Shown in pieces: positions 39,065 to 47,747 of a DNA stretch of 64,000 nt. Both the position numbers and the translations under genes were made by a program. The notes under the pieces were generated by a model. The model was not told where the DNA came from, searched no databases, and saw only the letters and a program-made list of their open reading frames with translations. Position 1 is the stretch's first letter, and every line of letters begins with the position of its first letter. Origin of the DNA: a bacterium (GTDB lineage: Bacteria > DUMJ01); assembly GCA_049969715.1 (NCBI GenBank), contig JBMFOH010000007.1, forward strand, positions 10,284 to 74,283, given 5' to 3'.

Positions 39065-40437
39065 GTATGGCTTTCTTCGATTTTGCCAAAAAATATGTTG
39101 GCAGTAAGGTAGTGGAGGAAGGGCTAAATTATATAGCCAAAAATCCAGAGGAAAACCTAGAGAAGCTCGTTAGTATAGCTAGAAAGATAGTGAGGGCTGA
39201 TTTTCACAAACAACAGCTCGAGCAGGTAGCAAAATATCTAGCACAGGACACCCCTCAGAGAGAGTTTGCAATAAGGCTTCTAAAGAACACAAACCCCAAT
39301 GTCAGGTCTAAGATGTTTGTAGACTTCTTTGTAAATGCTGTTTGGTTAGGAGTCCCCAGAGAGATGGAGATGAGTGAAAAACTTGGGGTACACATTCCAT
39401 GGTTTATACTAATAGACCCAACTACAAGTTGTAACCTCAGATGCATAGGATGTTGGGCAGGTGAGTATCAGCAGCACTTCAGCCTAGGGAAAGACCTTAT
39501 GGATAGAATTATTACTGAAGCTAAAGACCTAGGAATTCATTTTGTCACCGTTTCTGGAGGAGAGCCTTTCCTTAGCAAGGAGTTTCTAGAGGTTGCCGAG
39601 AAACACGACGATGTCGTATTCCACACCTATACTAATGGGACACTCATAGATGAGAAGATGGCTAAAAAGATTGTAGAACTTGGTAATATTGCCCCGGCAA
39701 TAAGTATAGAAGGATTTGAAAAAGAGACAGACGAGAGACGTGGTAAAGGGGTATTCGCAAAGGTGATGCGTGCAATGGACCTACTAAAAGAAAACGGTGC
39801 CATATTTGGATTCTCCGTTACAGCTACGAGTAAAAACATAGATATAATAACTAGTGACGAATTTATAGACTTTCTTATCGATAAAGGGGTTGCCTTTGGT
39901 TGGGTATTTATGTATGTTCCCATTGGAAGAGACCCTGACCTAAGCCTTATGATTACACCTGAGCAGAGGGCAAAATTGAGAGAGGCGGTCCATCACTGGA
40001 GAGCAGATAAGCCAGTCTTTGTTGCAGACTTCTGGAATGATGGCCCGTATACAGGTGGTTGCATTGCAGGGGGAAGGAACTACATACATATAAATGGAAA
40101 AGGTGAAGTAGAACCCTGCGCTTTTGTCCACTTTGCACTTGACAACATAAAAGAAAAGAGTCTAGTAGAAGTCCTTAAATCGCCCCTATTTATAGAATAC
40201 CAGAAGATGCAGCCATTCCATGAGAATCTCTTAAGGCCTTGTCCAATAGTAGATAATCCTTGGGCTTTAAGAGAGATCGTCCAAAAGGTAGGAGCTAAAT
40301 CTACCGATGGAGGCTCTGAAGCCTTACTCTCTTCAGAATTAGCTAGTGCCTTAGATAGATATGCAGAAGCCTGGGGCAAGGTATCTGACCCTATCTGGGA
40401 GAAAAACTATAAGAAAAAAGAAGTTACGGTGAAATAG
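39061..40437 (+). CDS. radical SAM / SPASM-domain enzyme with ~120-aa N-terminal extension (peptide/protein-modifying maturase-like)
   Basis: CNLRCIGCWAGE is a Cx3Cx2C cluster at residue ~124, and VTVSGGEPFL is a SAM motif. The C-terminal Cys-rich segment GGCIAGG..YIHINGKGEVEPCAFV is a SPASM/twitch auxiliary-cluster domain. Confidence 0.75.
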   Translation: MSMAFFDFAKKYVGSKVVEEGLNYIAKNPEENLEKLVSIARKIVRADFHKQQLEQVAKYLAQDTPQREFAIRLLKNTNPNVRSKMFVDFFVNAVWLGVPREMEMSEKLGVHIPWFILIDPTTSCNLRCIGCWAGEYQQHFSLGKDLMDRIITEAKDLGIHFVTVSGGEPFLSKEFLEVAEKHDDVVFHTYTNGTLIDEKMAKKIVELGNIAPAISIEGFEKETDERRGKGVFAKVMRAMDLLKENGAIFGFSVTATSKNIDIITSDEFIDFLIDKGVAFGWVFMYVPIGRDPDLSLMITPEQRAKLREAVHHWRADKPVFVADFWNDGPYTGGCIAGGRNYIHINGKGEVEPCAFVHFALDNIKEKSLVEVLKSPLFIEYQKMQPFHENLLRPCPIVDNPWALREIVQKVGAKSTDGGSEALLSSELASALDRYAEAWGKVSDPIWEKNYKKKEVTVK

Positions 40438-40439
40438 TT

Positions 40440-40772
40440 ATGGAAAGGGTAAAGGACTCTGAAAAGACATTTAGGTATACAGATTGGGGGCCCAAGTATA
40501 TTATGAGAGGACCTAGGATAGAATGGGGACTTCTCAAGATCATCCCGGGCAAAGAACTTGGAGCTCACTACCATAAGGAAGTAGAAGAGACATTCTATGT
40601 CCTCTCTGGAAAAGCCCAGATGGTTGTGGATGGGGAAACTTTTGAAATCGCTGCTGGCGATGCAATAAGAGTAGAAGCCCCAGAGGAACACAATATTATA
40701 AATCCATCTGAAGATTTCCTTGCGATATTTATAAAATCTCCGTATCTACCAGAGGACAAGTATACTAGGTGA
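40440..40772 (+). CDS. cupin domain protein
   Basis: Cupin motifs G.HYHKEVEETFYVLSG ... G..I.V....H. The gene starts 3 nt after the rSAM stop. Confidence 0.6.
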   Translation: MERVKDSEKTFRYTDWGPKYIMRGPRIEWGLLKIIPGKELGAHYHKEVEETFYVLSGKAQMVVDGETFEIAAGDAIRVEAPEEHNIINPSEDFLAIFIKSPYLPEDKYTR

Positions 40773-40796
40773 TGGATGCTTTAGCATCCATCACCT

Positions 40797-41807
40797 TTAT
40801 CTATCTGTCCTTCCCGTTCCACTCTTCAACACTACTAATATCCCTACCAATAGAACCGCATAATAAGTGATTATCCTAAAAAGAGTAATAGCCACTAAAA
40901 GATTTTGGGATGAATCAACAAAGTTCTTAAAAGAAGCAAAAAGAATTGCCTCTATCCCTCCACTTGCTCCAGGGGTAGGAACGTAAGTAGCAAAGGTAGA
41001 GAGCATGGTATGGATGCCAAAGAATCTCAAAAATCTCATATGTAACCTCGTAAGACTAACTATTGGCAAGAAGAATAGGTAAGAGTACAATACTATAATA
41101 ATGAACATAAGAGAAAAATCAAAAATGAGGAGTCCCTTATGTTTACCCCATAACTCATTGACGCTTAATTTTAGCTCGTCTATCCACTGATACGCTTTCT
41201 TTTCCCATTTTTCTATAAATATTTTTAAAACAGAAATCTTTTTAAAATAAACAATAAAGAGCTTAAATATCTCTGGGTTACTCATTGCAAACCAGGTAAA
41301 GAATGTAGAGATGCTACTTGTTACAAACCCTCCAATGATAAGTGTCTTACCTATAACCTCTTGAGGTAATCTGGGTAGGACAAAAACAACAGAGTAGAGA
41401 TCTATAATAAGGATTAAAAGGAGATATTCAAACGTTCTAAGCAAGATTATGTTTGTAGCAACCTCACTTTTTACTCCTTTCTTTGTTAGAAAGTAGATCT
41501 GTAAAGGTTGTCCACCCATAGCTGAAGGAGTTATTGCAGAAAAGAATGAATATATAATGCAAGCCTCAATCGAATCCCAATAGCTAATATCCTGGTTTAG
41601 GGCTCTTAAAACGATGGTCAACTTAAATCCATCAAGTAGAAAAGAAATTGCATTTAGAATAAATCCAACAAAAAGAATCTCTAAAGAGATATTAGATAAT
41701 AGGTCCTTCAAGAAGATCTTTTCCTTGAATGCAGAATTGATTAATAGGATTACTGATATACCTGCTATTAAGGCTATTAAGACATTTAAAATGAGTCTAC
41801 GGTTCAT
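40797..41807 (-). CDS. flippase-like (UPF0104 / lysyl-phosphatidylglycerol-synthase TM-region family) membrane protein
   Basis: ~8 TM helices and a C-terminal PGASGGIEA motif characteristic of that family. Confidence 0.5.
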   Translation of the reverse strand: MNRRLILNVLIALIAGISVILLINSAFKEKIFLKDLLSNISLEILFVGFILNAISFLLDGFKLTIVLRALNQDISYWDSIEACIIYSFFSAITPSAMGGQPLQIYFLTKKGVKSEVATNIILLRTFEYLLLILIIDLYSVVFVLPRLPQEVIGKTLIIGGFVTSSISTFFTWFAMSNPEIFKLFIVYFKKISVLKIFIEKWEKKAYQWIDELKLSVNELWGKHKGLLIFDFSLMFIIIVLYSYLFFLPIVSLTRLHMRFLRFFGIHTMLSTFATYVPTPGASGGIEAILFASFKNFVDSSQNLLVAITLFRIITYYAVLLVGILVVLKSGTGRTDR

Positions 41808-41836
41808 AGGAAGAATTATATCATCCTAACAGTATA

Positions 41837-44029
41837 TTAGTCTATCCCTTTAAGAATCCAGATGAAGGACCTAAAATCCCCCCAAGTAAATGGAATAGTT
41901 AGACCTATATTAATAAGTTCGTCTCCAAAAGAAATTCTACTTTCTGTACCCTCTACCCTATATTTTCTTTCAGGATCAAGGCCTTCAAGTCTAAGTCTCT
42001 TCATAGGTGGATTTGGTTCTGCTAGTATATTTACATAAACTACAAATGCCTCCCTCTTATCTGGAGTTACAAACATCCAGGAAGAGGCATTATTCTCGAA
42101 TGGGCTTATAAGTCTATACATATCTCCATCTTGAACTATATGCCAGATCTTCTTATAAAATCTTACCTGATCTTTCACTATCTCCTTTTCTTCCTCAGAA
42201 AGCCTTGTTAGATCAAGTTCATAACCAAAGACTCCCGACATTGCCACATATCCTCGAGTTTCCAAAGGTGTTATTCTTCCTACCTGATGATTCGGCACTG
42301 CCGAGACATGAGCCCCCATTGTAGTAGGTGGATATACTATGCTCGTTCCATATTGAATCTTTAACCTTTCAATAGCATCGGTATCGTCACTAGTCCAAAT
42401 CTGAGGCATATAGTATAATATACCTGGATCGAATCTACCACCCCCTCCAGAGCATCCCTCAAAGAGTATCTGAGGGAATTCATTTACCAACTCCTCCATC
42501 ATCTTATAGACTCCCAGCACATATCTATGGAAGACCTCTTTCTGCCTTTCAGGAGGAAGTATCAGAGAACCTACCTCTGTCAATTGTCTGTTCATATCCC
42601 ACTTTATATATTCAATCGGTGCAGAATTTATAATCTCTTTCATCATCCTCAAGATCTCTCTCCTAACATCCTCTCTAGTGATATCAAGAACATATTGGTT
42701 TCTACTCTGAGTCAAAGACCTTCCTCTTACCTGTAAGCACCAATCAGGATGTTTTCTGTAAAGGTCACTATCAGGAGAAACCATCTCAGGCTCAAACCAT
42801 AAACCAAACTTCATCCCTAGCTCATTTATCTTTTTTGCTAGTGTATCAAGGCCATTAGGAAGTTTTTTCTATCTACATACCAATCTCCTAAAGAACTGGT
42901 ATCGTCATCCCTTTTCCCAAACCACCCATCATCAAGGACAAAGAGTTCTATACCAAATTCTGCAGCAACTCTGGCAAGTTCCAATAATTTCTCTTCATTA
43001 AAATTAAAATAGGTTGCTTCCCAATTATTTATAAGGACCGGCCTTCTTCTATCTCTATATACACCTCTACAGAGCCTCTTCCTATAAAGTCTATGATATG
43101 TCCTAGACATCTCCCCTAAACCTTTAGATGAATAGACCATCACTACCTCTGGAGTTTGAAAACTCTCTCCAGGGCTTAAGAGCCAGGTGAATTCAAAGGG
43201 ATTAATCCCCATAGAGACTCTTGTAGTCTTATACTGGTCTACCTCGACAATCGCAGAAAAATTGCCACTATATATTAGATTAAATCCGTATACTTCACCT
43301 GAATTTTCTGTCGCGTCTTTCTTCAAAAGGGCAATAAAAGGATTATGCTGGTGAGAACTTTCACCCCTATTGCTCTCTATTATCTGTATTCCCTGAATAA
43401 GAGGGATCCTCTCTATATATCTCTCTCTAGCCCAAGAACCCCAAAGATGAAGAAGATCAAACTGATTATGATCAAACCCCACACACATACTTAGAGCTCT
43501 CAAAAGTTTCAAATGCTGATTACCTAGATTTTTAAATCTCACACTCCGAGTTATTACATTGTAGTCTCTATACAGAGTATAGAAAAGAGTTACCTCTAGA
43601 TCTATAAGTTCATCATAAAGATGAAATTCAAGTGTCTGGGCTTCGTCATCATTTTCTATATATGTAGAGGGAAGTCCATCTAATGTTAGTTTTCCATCGT
43701 ATATCCTATAGGATTTAAATCTTAGATCCGTTATTCTTGAACCATCCTCCTGTTCAACCTGATAGGCAGGATGCCTAAAGTCCGAATTCCCGTATGCAGG
43801 ATAACTCTAACGGGAGGGTGTCTAGGCTATACGTCTTGTCATTAAGGTCAGGTGTAGGGCCAAACGCTCTACCTCTAGTAAGCATCTCATCGGTATACTC
43901 TAAGACCTTGGTTTTCTTTCCCCAATAGACACTGACAGGGTATCTGTGTTTAAAGAGTTTTATTATATAGCTAGAATCTTTAGCTATTAGATTAAAAACC
44001 CTGTTCTTTTCATCATAAAATATAGGCAT
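41837..44029 (-). pseudogene. GH36 alpha-galactosidase, disrupted into >=3 ORF fragments (frameshifts/stops)
   Basis: Fragments 43775-44029 (N-terminus), 42838-43542 (LDDGWFGKRDD motif) and 41837-42814 (C-terminal catalytic half) are colinear with a ~730-aa GH36. Homopolymer tracts lie at the junctions. Confidence 0.65.
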
Positions 44030-44081
44030 TCTTTATCACCTCACAACTAAGATTTTCAATATCTCTTATATTATAGTATAA

Positions 44082-44456
44082 TTGTATGTAGCAATGTTAG
44101 GAATAGATTTGATCAGTATAAATAGAATAGAAAGGGCAATAAAGAGAAGGAGCCATTTTCTAGAACGTGTATTCTCTCAAAAGGAGATAGAGGAGATTAA
44201 AGATCGAAGAAATTTCTATGAGGCTCTTGCTGGAAAATTTGCCTGTAAAGAGGCGGTAATAAAGGCACTTGGAGGAGGCATATCACTCAAGGAAATAACT
44301 ATTCTCCATAATGAAAAAGGGGTTCCATATGTTATCTTGAGCGGAAGGGCAAAACATAGGTTTGATGAACTTATGGCTAATGATATCTCGGTAAGTATAA
44401 GCCACAACGGAGGATTTGCAGTAGCAGTTGCTATGATTGAAAAGGAGATAATATAA
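44082..44456 (+). CDS. acpS: holo-[acyl-carrier-protein] synthase
   Basis: GIDLISINRIERA start and 124-aa size match the 4'-phosphopantetheinyl transferase AcpS family. Confidence 0.8.
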   Translation: MYVAMLGIDLISINRIERAIKRRSHFLERVFSQKEIEEIKDRRNFYEALAGKFACKEAVIKALGGGISLKEITILHNEKGVPYVILSGRAKHRFDELMANDISVSISHNGGFAVAVAMIEKEII

Positions 44457-44467
44457 AAAGAAGGGCT

Positions 44468-45643
44468 ATGTTAGAAAGGTTGAGAAAGAAGGATTCTAGA
44501 ATAATAGTTGGGCTTATGTCTGGAACATCTGCTGACGGGGTAGATGCAAGCATAGTAAAGATAATTGGACATTCGGTGAATTCTAAGATAGAGCTACTCC
44601 ATTATTATCATTACGAGTATCCGAAGGAGATAAAAGAACTAATACTCAAATTATTTGACCTTGACACCGCAGATATTCCACTGATTTCAGGTATGAATTT
44701 CCTTATTGGAGAGGTATTTGCTCAGGTAGCACTAGAGGCGATAAAAAGGGCAGGTCTCTCAAAGAGTGATGTCGACATTATCTCAAGTCATGGGCAGACA
44801 ATATTCCATTCTCCTTATCCCCAGAGACTTGGTGATTTTAAGGTAAGGTCTACGTTGCAGATAGGAGAAGGAGCAGTTATAGCAGAAAAGACTGGAATAA
44901 CTACTATATGTGATTTTAGAGTAAGAGACATAGCTGCAGGGGGGCAGGGGGCTCCACTAGTCTCTTTTGCAGATTGGATACTATTTACAAGCCAAACACT
45001 TACAAGGGGAGTACTCAATATAGGGGGTATAGCTAATATCACTATCCTTCCTCAAAATGCCACCATCGATGATATCATGGCGTTTGACACAGGTCCAGGG
45101 AATATGGTTATAGATGAGATTATAAACATTATCACCAATGGCTTAATGAGATTTGATAAGGATGGATACATAGCATCAATGGGAAATATAGATGAAGAGC
45201 TTCTAGAGATAGCATTAGAACACCCATATTTTGGTTTACCTATCCCTAAGACTACTGGCAGGGAGGTTTTTGGAAAGTCCTTCGCCAGAAATATATATGA
45301 AAGCGGTAAGGCTCTAGGGTTAAGCAATGAAGACATCGTAGCTACCATAACTACCCTCACATCTAGAACCATCTCCGAAGCGATTAGGTTCTTCAATGTA
45401 GAAGAGGTTATAGTAGGTGGAGGAGGAGCATATAATAAGACCCTTATCAGAATGATCAGGGGCGAACTTCCTGATGTAAAGATAAAGACCCATGAAGATT
45501 TTGGGATTCCAAATCAAGCAAAGGAGGCATTAGCTTTCGCCATATTAGCTAATGAAGTAGTTTTTAATTCACCAAATAATGTCCCTAAAGCTACTGGAGC
45601 AAAAAGAAAGGTAGTATTAGGGAAAATCTTACCAGGAGGCTAA
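44468..45643 (+). CDS. anmK: anhydro-N-acetylmuramic acid kinase
   Basis: GLMSGTSADGVDA N-terminal motif and ~390-aa size. Confidence 0.85.
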   Translation: MLERLRKKDSRIIVGLMSGTSADGVDASIVKIIGHSVNSKIELLHYYHYEYPKEIKELILKLFDLDTADIPLISGMNFLIGEVFAQVALEAIKRAGLSKSDVDIISSHGQTIFHSPYPQRLGDFKVRSTLQIGEGAVIAEKTGITTICDFRVRDIAAGGQGAPLVSFADWILFTSQTLTRGVLNIGGIANITILPQNATIDDIMAFDTGPGNMVIDEIINIITNGLMRFDKDGYIASMGNIDEELLEIALEHPYFGLPIPKTTGREVFGKSFARNIYESGKALGLSNEDIVATITTLTSRTISEAIRFFNVEEVIVGGGGAYNKTLIRMIRGELPDVKIKTHEDFGIPNQAKEALAFAILANEVVFNSPNNVPKATGAKRKVVLGKILPGG

Positions 45644-45645
45644 AA

Positions 45646-46173
45646 ATGATACACAGTATCCTTATTGCTGGGTATGGGGGGCAAGGTATTCTATTTATGG
45701 GACAGTTTTTAGCTCGATTGGGAATGATTAACAGTATGCACACAAGTTGGGTACCATCCTATGGCCCAGAGATGCGAGGTGGATCAGCCAACTGTACAGT
45801 AGTAATATCAAAAGAAGAGATATACTTTCCAGTAGTTTCAGAACCAGAGACTATTATTCTAATGAATGAGCCATCCTATAAAAGGTTTAAAGGAATGTTT
45901 TCTCCAAGGTATAAGCTTGTCAACACATCGCTTGTTATTCCAGATGCAGATGATAATATAATAGAGATTCCTGCCTCTAAGATAGCAGAAGAGTTAGGAA
46001 ACGGAAGGGTAGCAAATATGGTGATGGCTGGTAGTTATATAGAGATAATAAAGGATATAGATGCCAGTAAGGTAGAAGAAGTTCTTAAAGAACTCCTGAA
46101 AGAAAGACCACATCTATTGGAAGTAAACTTGAAGGCATTCAATGCTGGAAGAAATTTTATTGGAGGGAAATGA
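45646..46173 (+). CDS. 2-oxoacid:ferredoxin oxidoreductase gamma-subunit-like protein
   Basis: GYGGQGIL..GQ, SYGPEMRGG and ELGNGRVANMVM motifs of PorG/KorC. No alpha, beta or delta subunit lies adjacent. Confidence 0.7.
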   Translation: MIHSILIAGYGGQGILFMGQFLARLGMINSMHTSWVPSYGPEMRGGSANCTVVISKEEIYFPVVSEPETIILMNEPSYKRFKGMFSPRYKLVNTSLVIPDADDNIIEIPASKIAEELGNGRVANMVMAGSYIEIIKDIDASKVEEVLKELLKERPHLLEVNLKAFNAGRNFIGGK

Positions 46174-47234
46174 TGGATAAATTGATAGAAAGGTTTATTG
46201 AACTTGTAAAGATTCCAAGCCCATCTGGAAAAGAAGATGAGGTAAGAAATTATATAGAAGATACAGTGAAAAGGTGGGGATATAAAATAGAAAAGGATGA
46301 AATAGGAAATCTCTTCATAGAAACAGATAAACAGCCAAAATTCTTCCTAAATGCCCATATGGATACAGTAGTACCATGCGAAAATGTAAATCCTATAATA
46401 GAAGGAGATATCATTCATAGTGATGGCACAACCATTCTTGGAGCTGATGATAAAGTTGGAATAGCTGTCATCTTGGAGCTACTTGAAAGGCATAAAGAAG
46501 AGCAACCTCCGATTCAGGTAATATTTACTGTACAAGAGGAGATAGGACTTGTTGGGGCAAAGAATATAAAGAGGGGGAGGATAAAAGCTCCATTTGGTTT
46601 TACCTTAGATGCAGGTGGGCCCATAGGAAATATAGTAATAGGAGCACCTTCCCAGTATACCTGGAGATATAAGGTGTATGGGGTGGCTTCTCATGCTGGT
46701 GGTGCTCCTGAAAGGGGAATAAGTGCCATTATCCTTGCCTCTAGGATGATCCTTTCTCTTCCACTGGGAAGGATTGACGATGAGACAACAGGTAATGTTG
46801 GAATAATATCTGGAGGAAGGGCTACTAATATCATTCCCGATGAGGTGGAATTAAAAGGAGAATACAGAAGTAGAAACGAAGAGAAGCTGTCTAATCTTAT
46901 GGAGAAATTAAGGAAGGCATCCGCTATAGCAGAGATAGGCGGAGGAAGGGCAGAGCTAGAATATAAGAAAGAGTATACAAGATTCGACCTCAAGGACAAT
47001 CCAATCCTAGAGAAAACTGTAAAGTTATTAAAGGACGCTGGATTTCTAGCAGAGACCATGTATACAGGAGGAGGTAGCGATGCAAATATATTCAATGAGA
47101 TGGGTATCCCTACGTTAAACCTGAGTATCGGTGGAGAGGATGCCCATTCTACAAGAGAGTCGACAAAGATTAGTGAGATAATGGCGACCTATAAGGTATT
47201 AGAAATACTATTAAATATTAAGGTGGAGGGATAA
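46170..47234 (+). CDS. M20-family metallopeptidase (peptidase T / YgeY-like)
   Basis: The IPSPSGKE N-terminus, HMDTV and GADDK motifs, and a dimerisation lid. Confidence 0.7.
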   Translation: MMDKLIERFIELVKIPSPSGKEDEVRNYIEDTVKRWGYKIEKDEIGNLFIETDKQPKFFLNAHMDTVVPCENVNPIIEGDIIHSDGTTILGADDKVGIAVILELLERHKEEQPPIQVIFTVQEEIGLVGAKNIKRGRIKAPFGFTLDAGGPIGNIVIGAPSQYTWRYKVYGVASHAGGAPERGISAIILASRMILSLPLGRIDDETTGNVGIISGGRATNIIPDEVELKGEYRSRNEEKLSNLMEKLRKASAIAEIGGGRAELEYKKEYTRFDLKDNPILEKTVKLLKDAGFLAETMYTGGGSDANIFNEMGIPTLNLSIGGEDAHSTRESTKISEIMATYKVLEILLNIKVEG

Positions 47235-47236
47235 AG

Positions 47237-47641
47237 ATGATAAAGGGTATCGGGCATATAGCATTTAGAGTTGCAGACTTGGAGAGGTCTCTAAATTTCT
47301 ACTGTAACATCCTTGGACTTAAAGAGGCATTTAGATTATACAGTGACACAGGAGAACTCTGGATAGTTTATATTAAGATAAATAAGGATAATTTTATAGA
47401 ACTCTTCCCCTATAAAGGTGAGGTCTCTTCTAACTACGACAAGGCTAGCTATCAGCATCTATGCCTTGTAGTAGATGAGATAAACGCAACATTAAAAGAA
47501 CTCTCAGAACGAGGGTTAGAGGTTAAAGGGACCCCTACTCATGGAAAGGATGGGAATTATCAGTACTGGATTACTGACCCTGATGGAAATATGATTGAAT
47601 TGATGCAGATTATGCCAGATTCACTCCAAGCAAAGGCATAA
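47237..47641 (+). CDS. VOC-family (glyoxalase I-like) protein
   Basis: IGHIAFRVADLERSL.FY...LG and a 134-aa size. Confidence 0.65.
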   Translation: MIKGIGHIAFRVADLERSLNFYCNILGLKEAFRLYSDTGELWIVYIKINKDNFIELFPYKGEVSSNYDKASYQHLCLVVDEINATLKELSERGLEVKGTPTHGKDGNYQYWITDPDGNMIELMQIMPDSLQAKA

Positions 47642-47747
47642 AGGAGAGATTAGAGATAGATGGTGGAGAGGTTATGAGTAATAGAGAGAGAAGATATGAG
47701 CACAGTTCTCTCTCCCCTATGCAGGGGGGGTAAGGTATACACTACAG

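Noticed and set aside
40407-40691. 94-aa minus-strand ORF overlapping the cupin gene
   Set aside because: The plus-strand ORF has a canonical two-motif cupin signature and is operon-coupled to the rSAM, so the antisense ORF is judged spurious.
34158-40772. Calling the locus a bona fide mycofactocin (mft) cluster
   Set aside because: Only MftC-like (rSAM/SPASM) and MftE-like (creatininase family) analogues are present. No MftA precursor, MftB, MftD or MftF is detectable, and the rSAM has an atypical N-terminal extension. It is reported as mycofactocin-reminiscent only.
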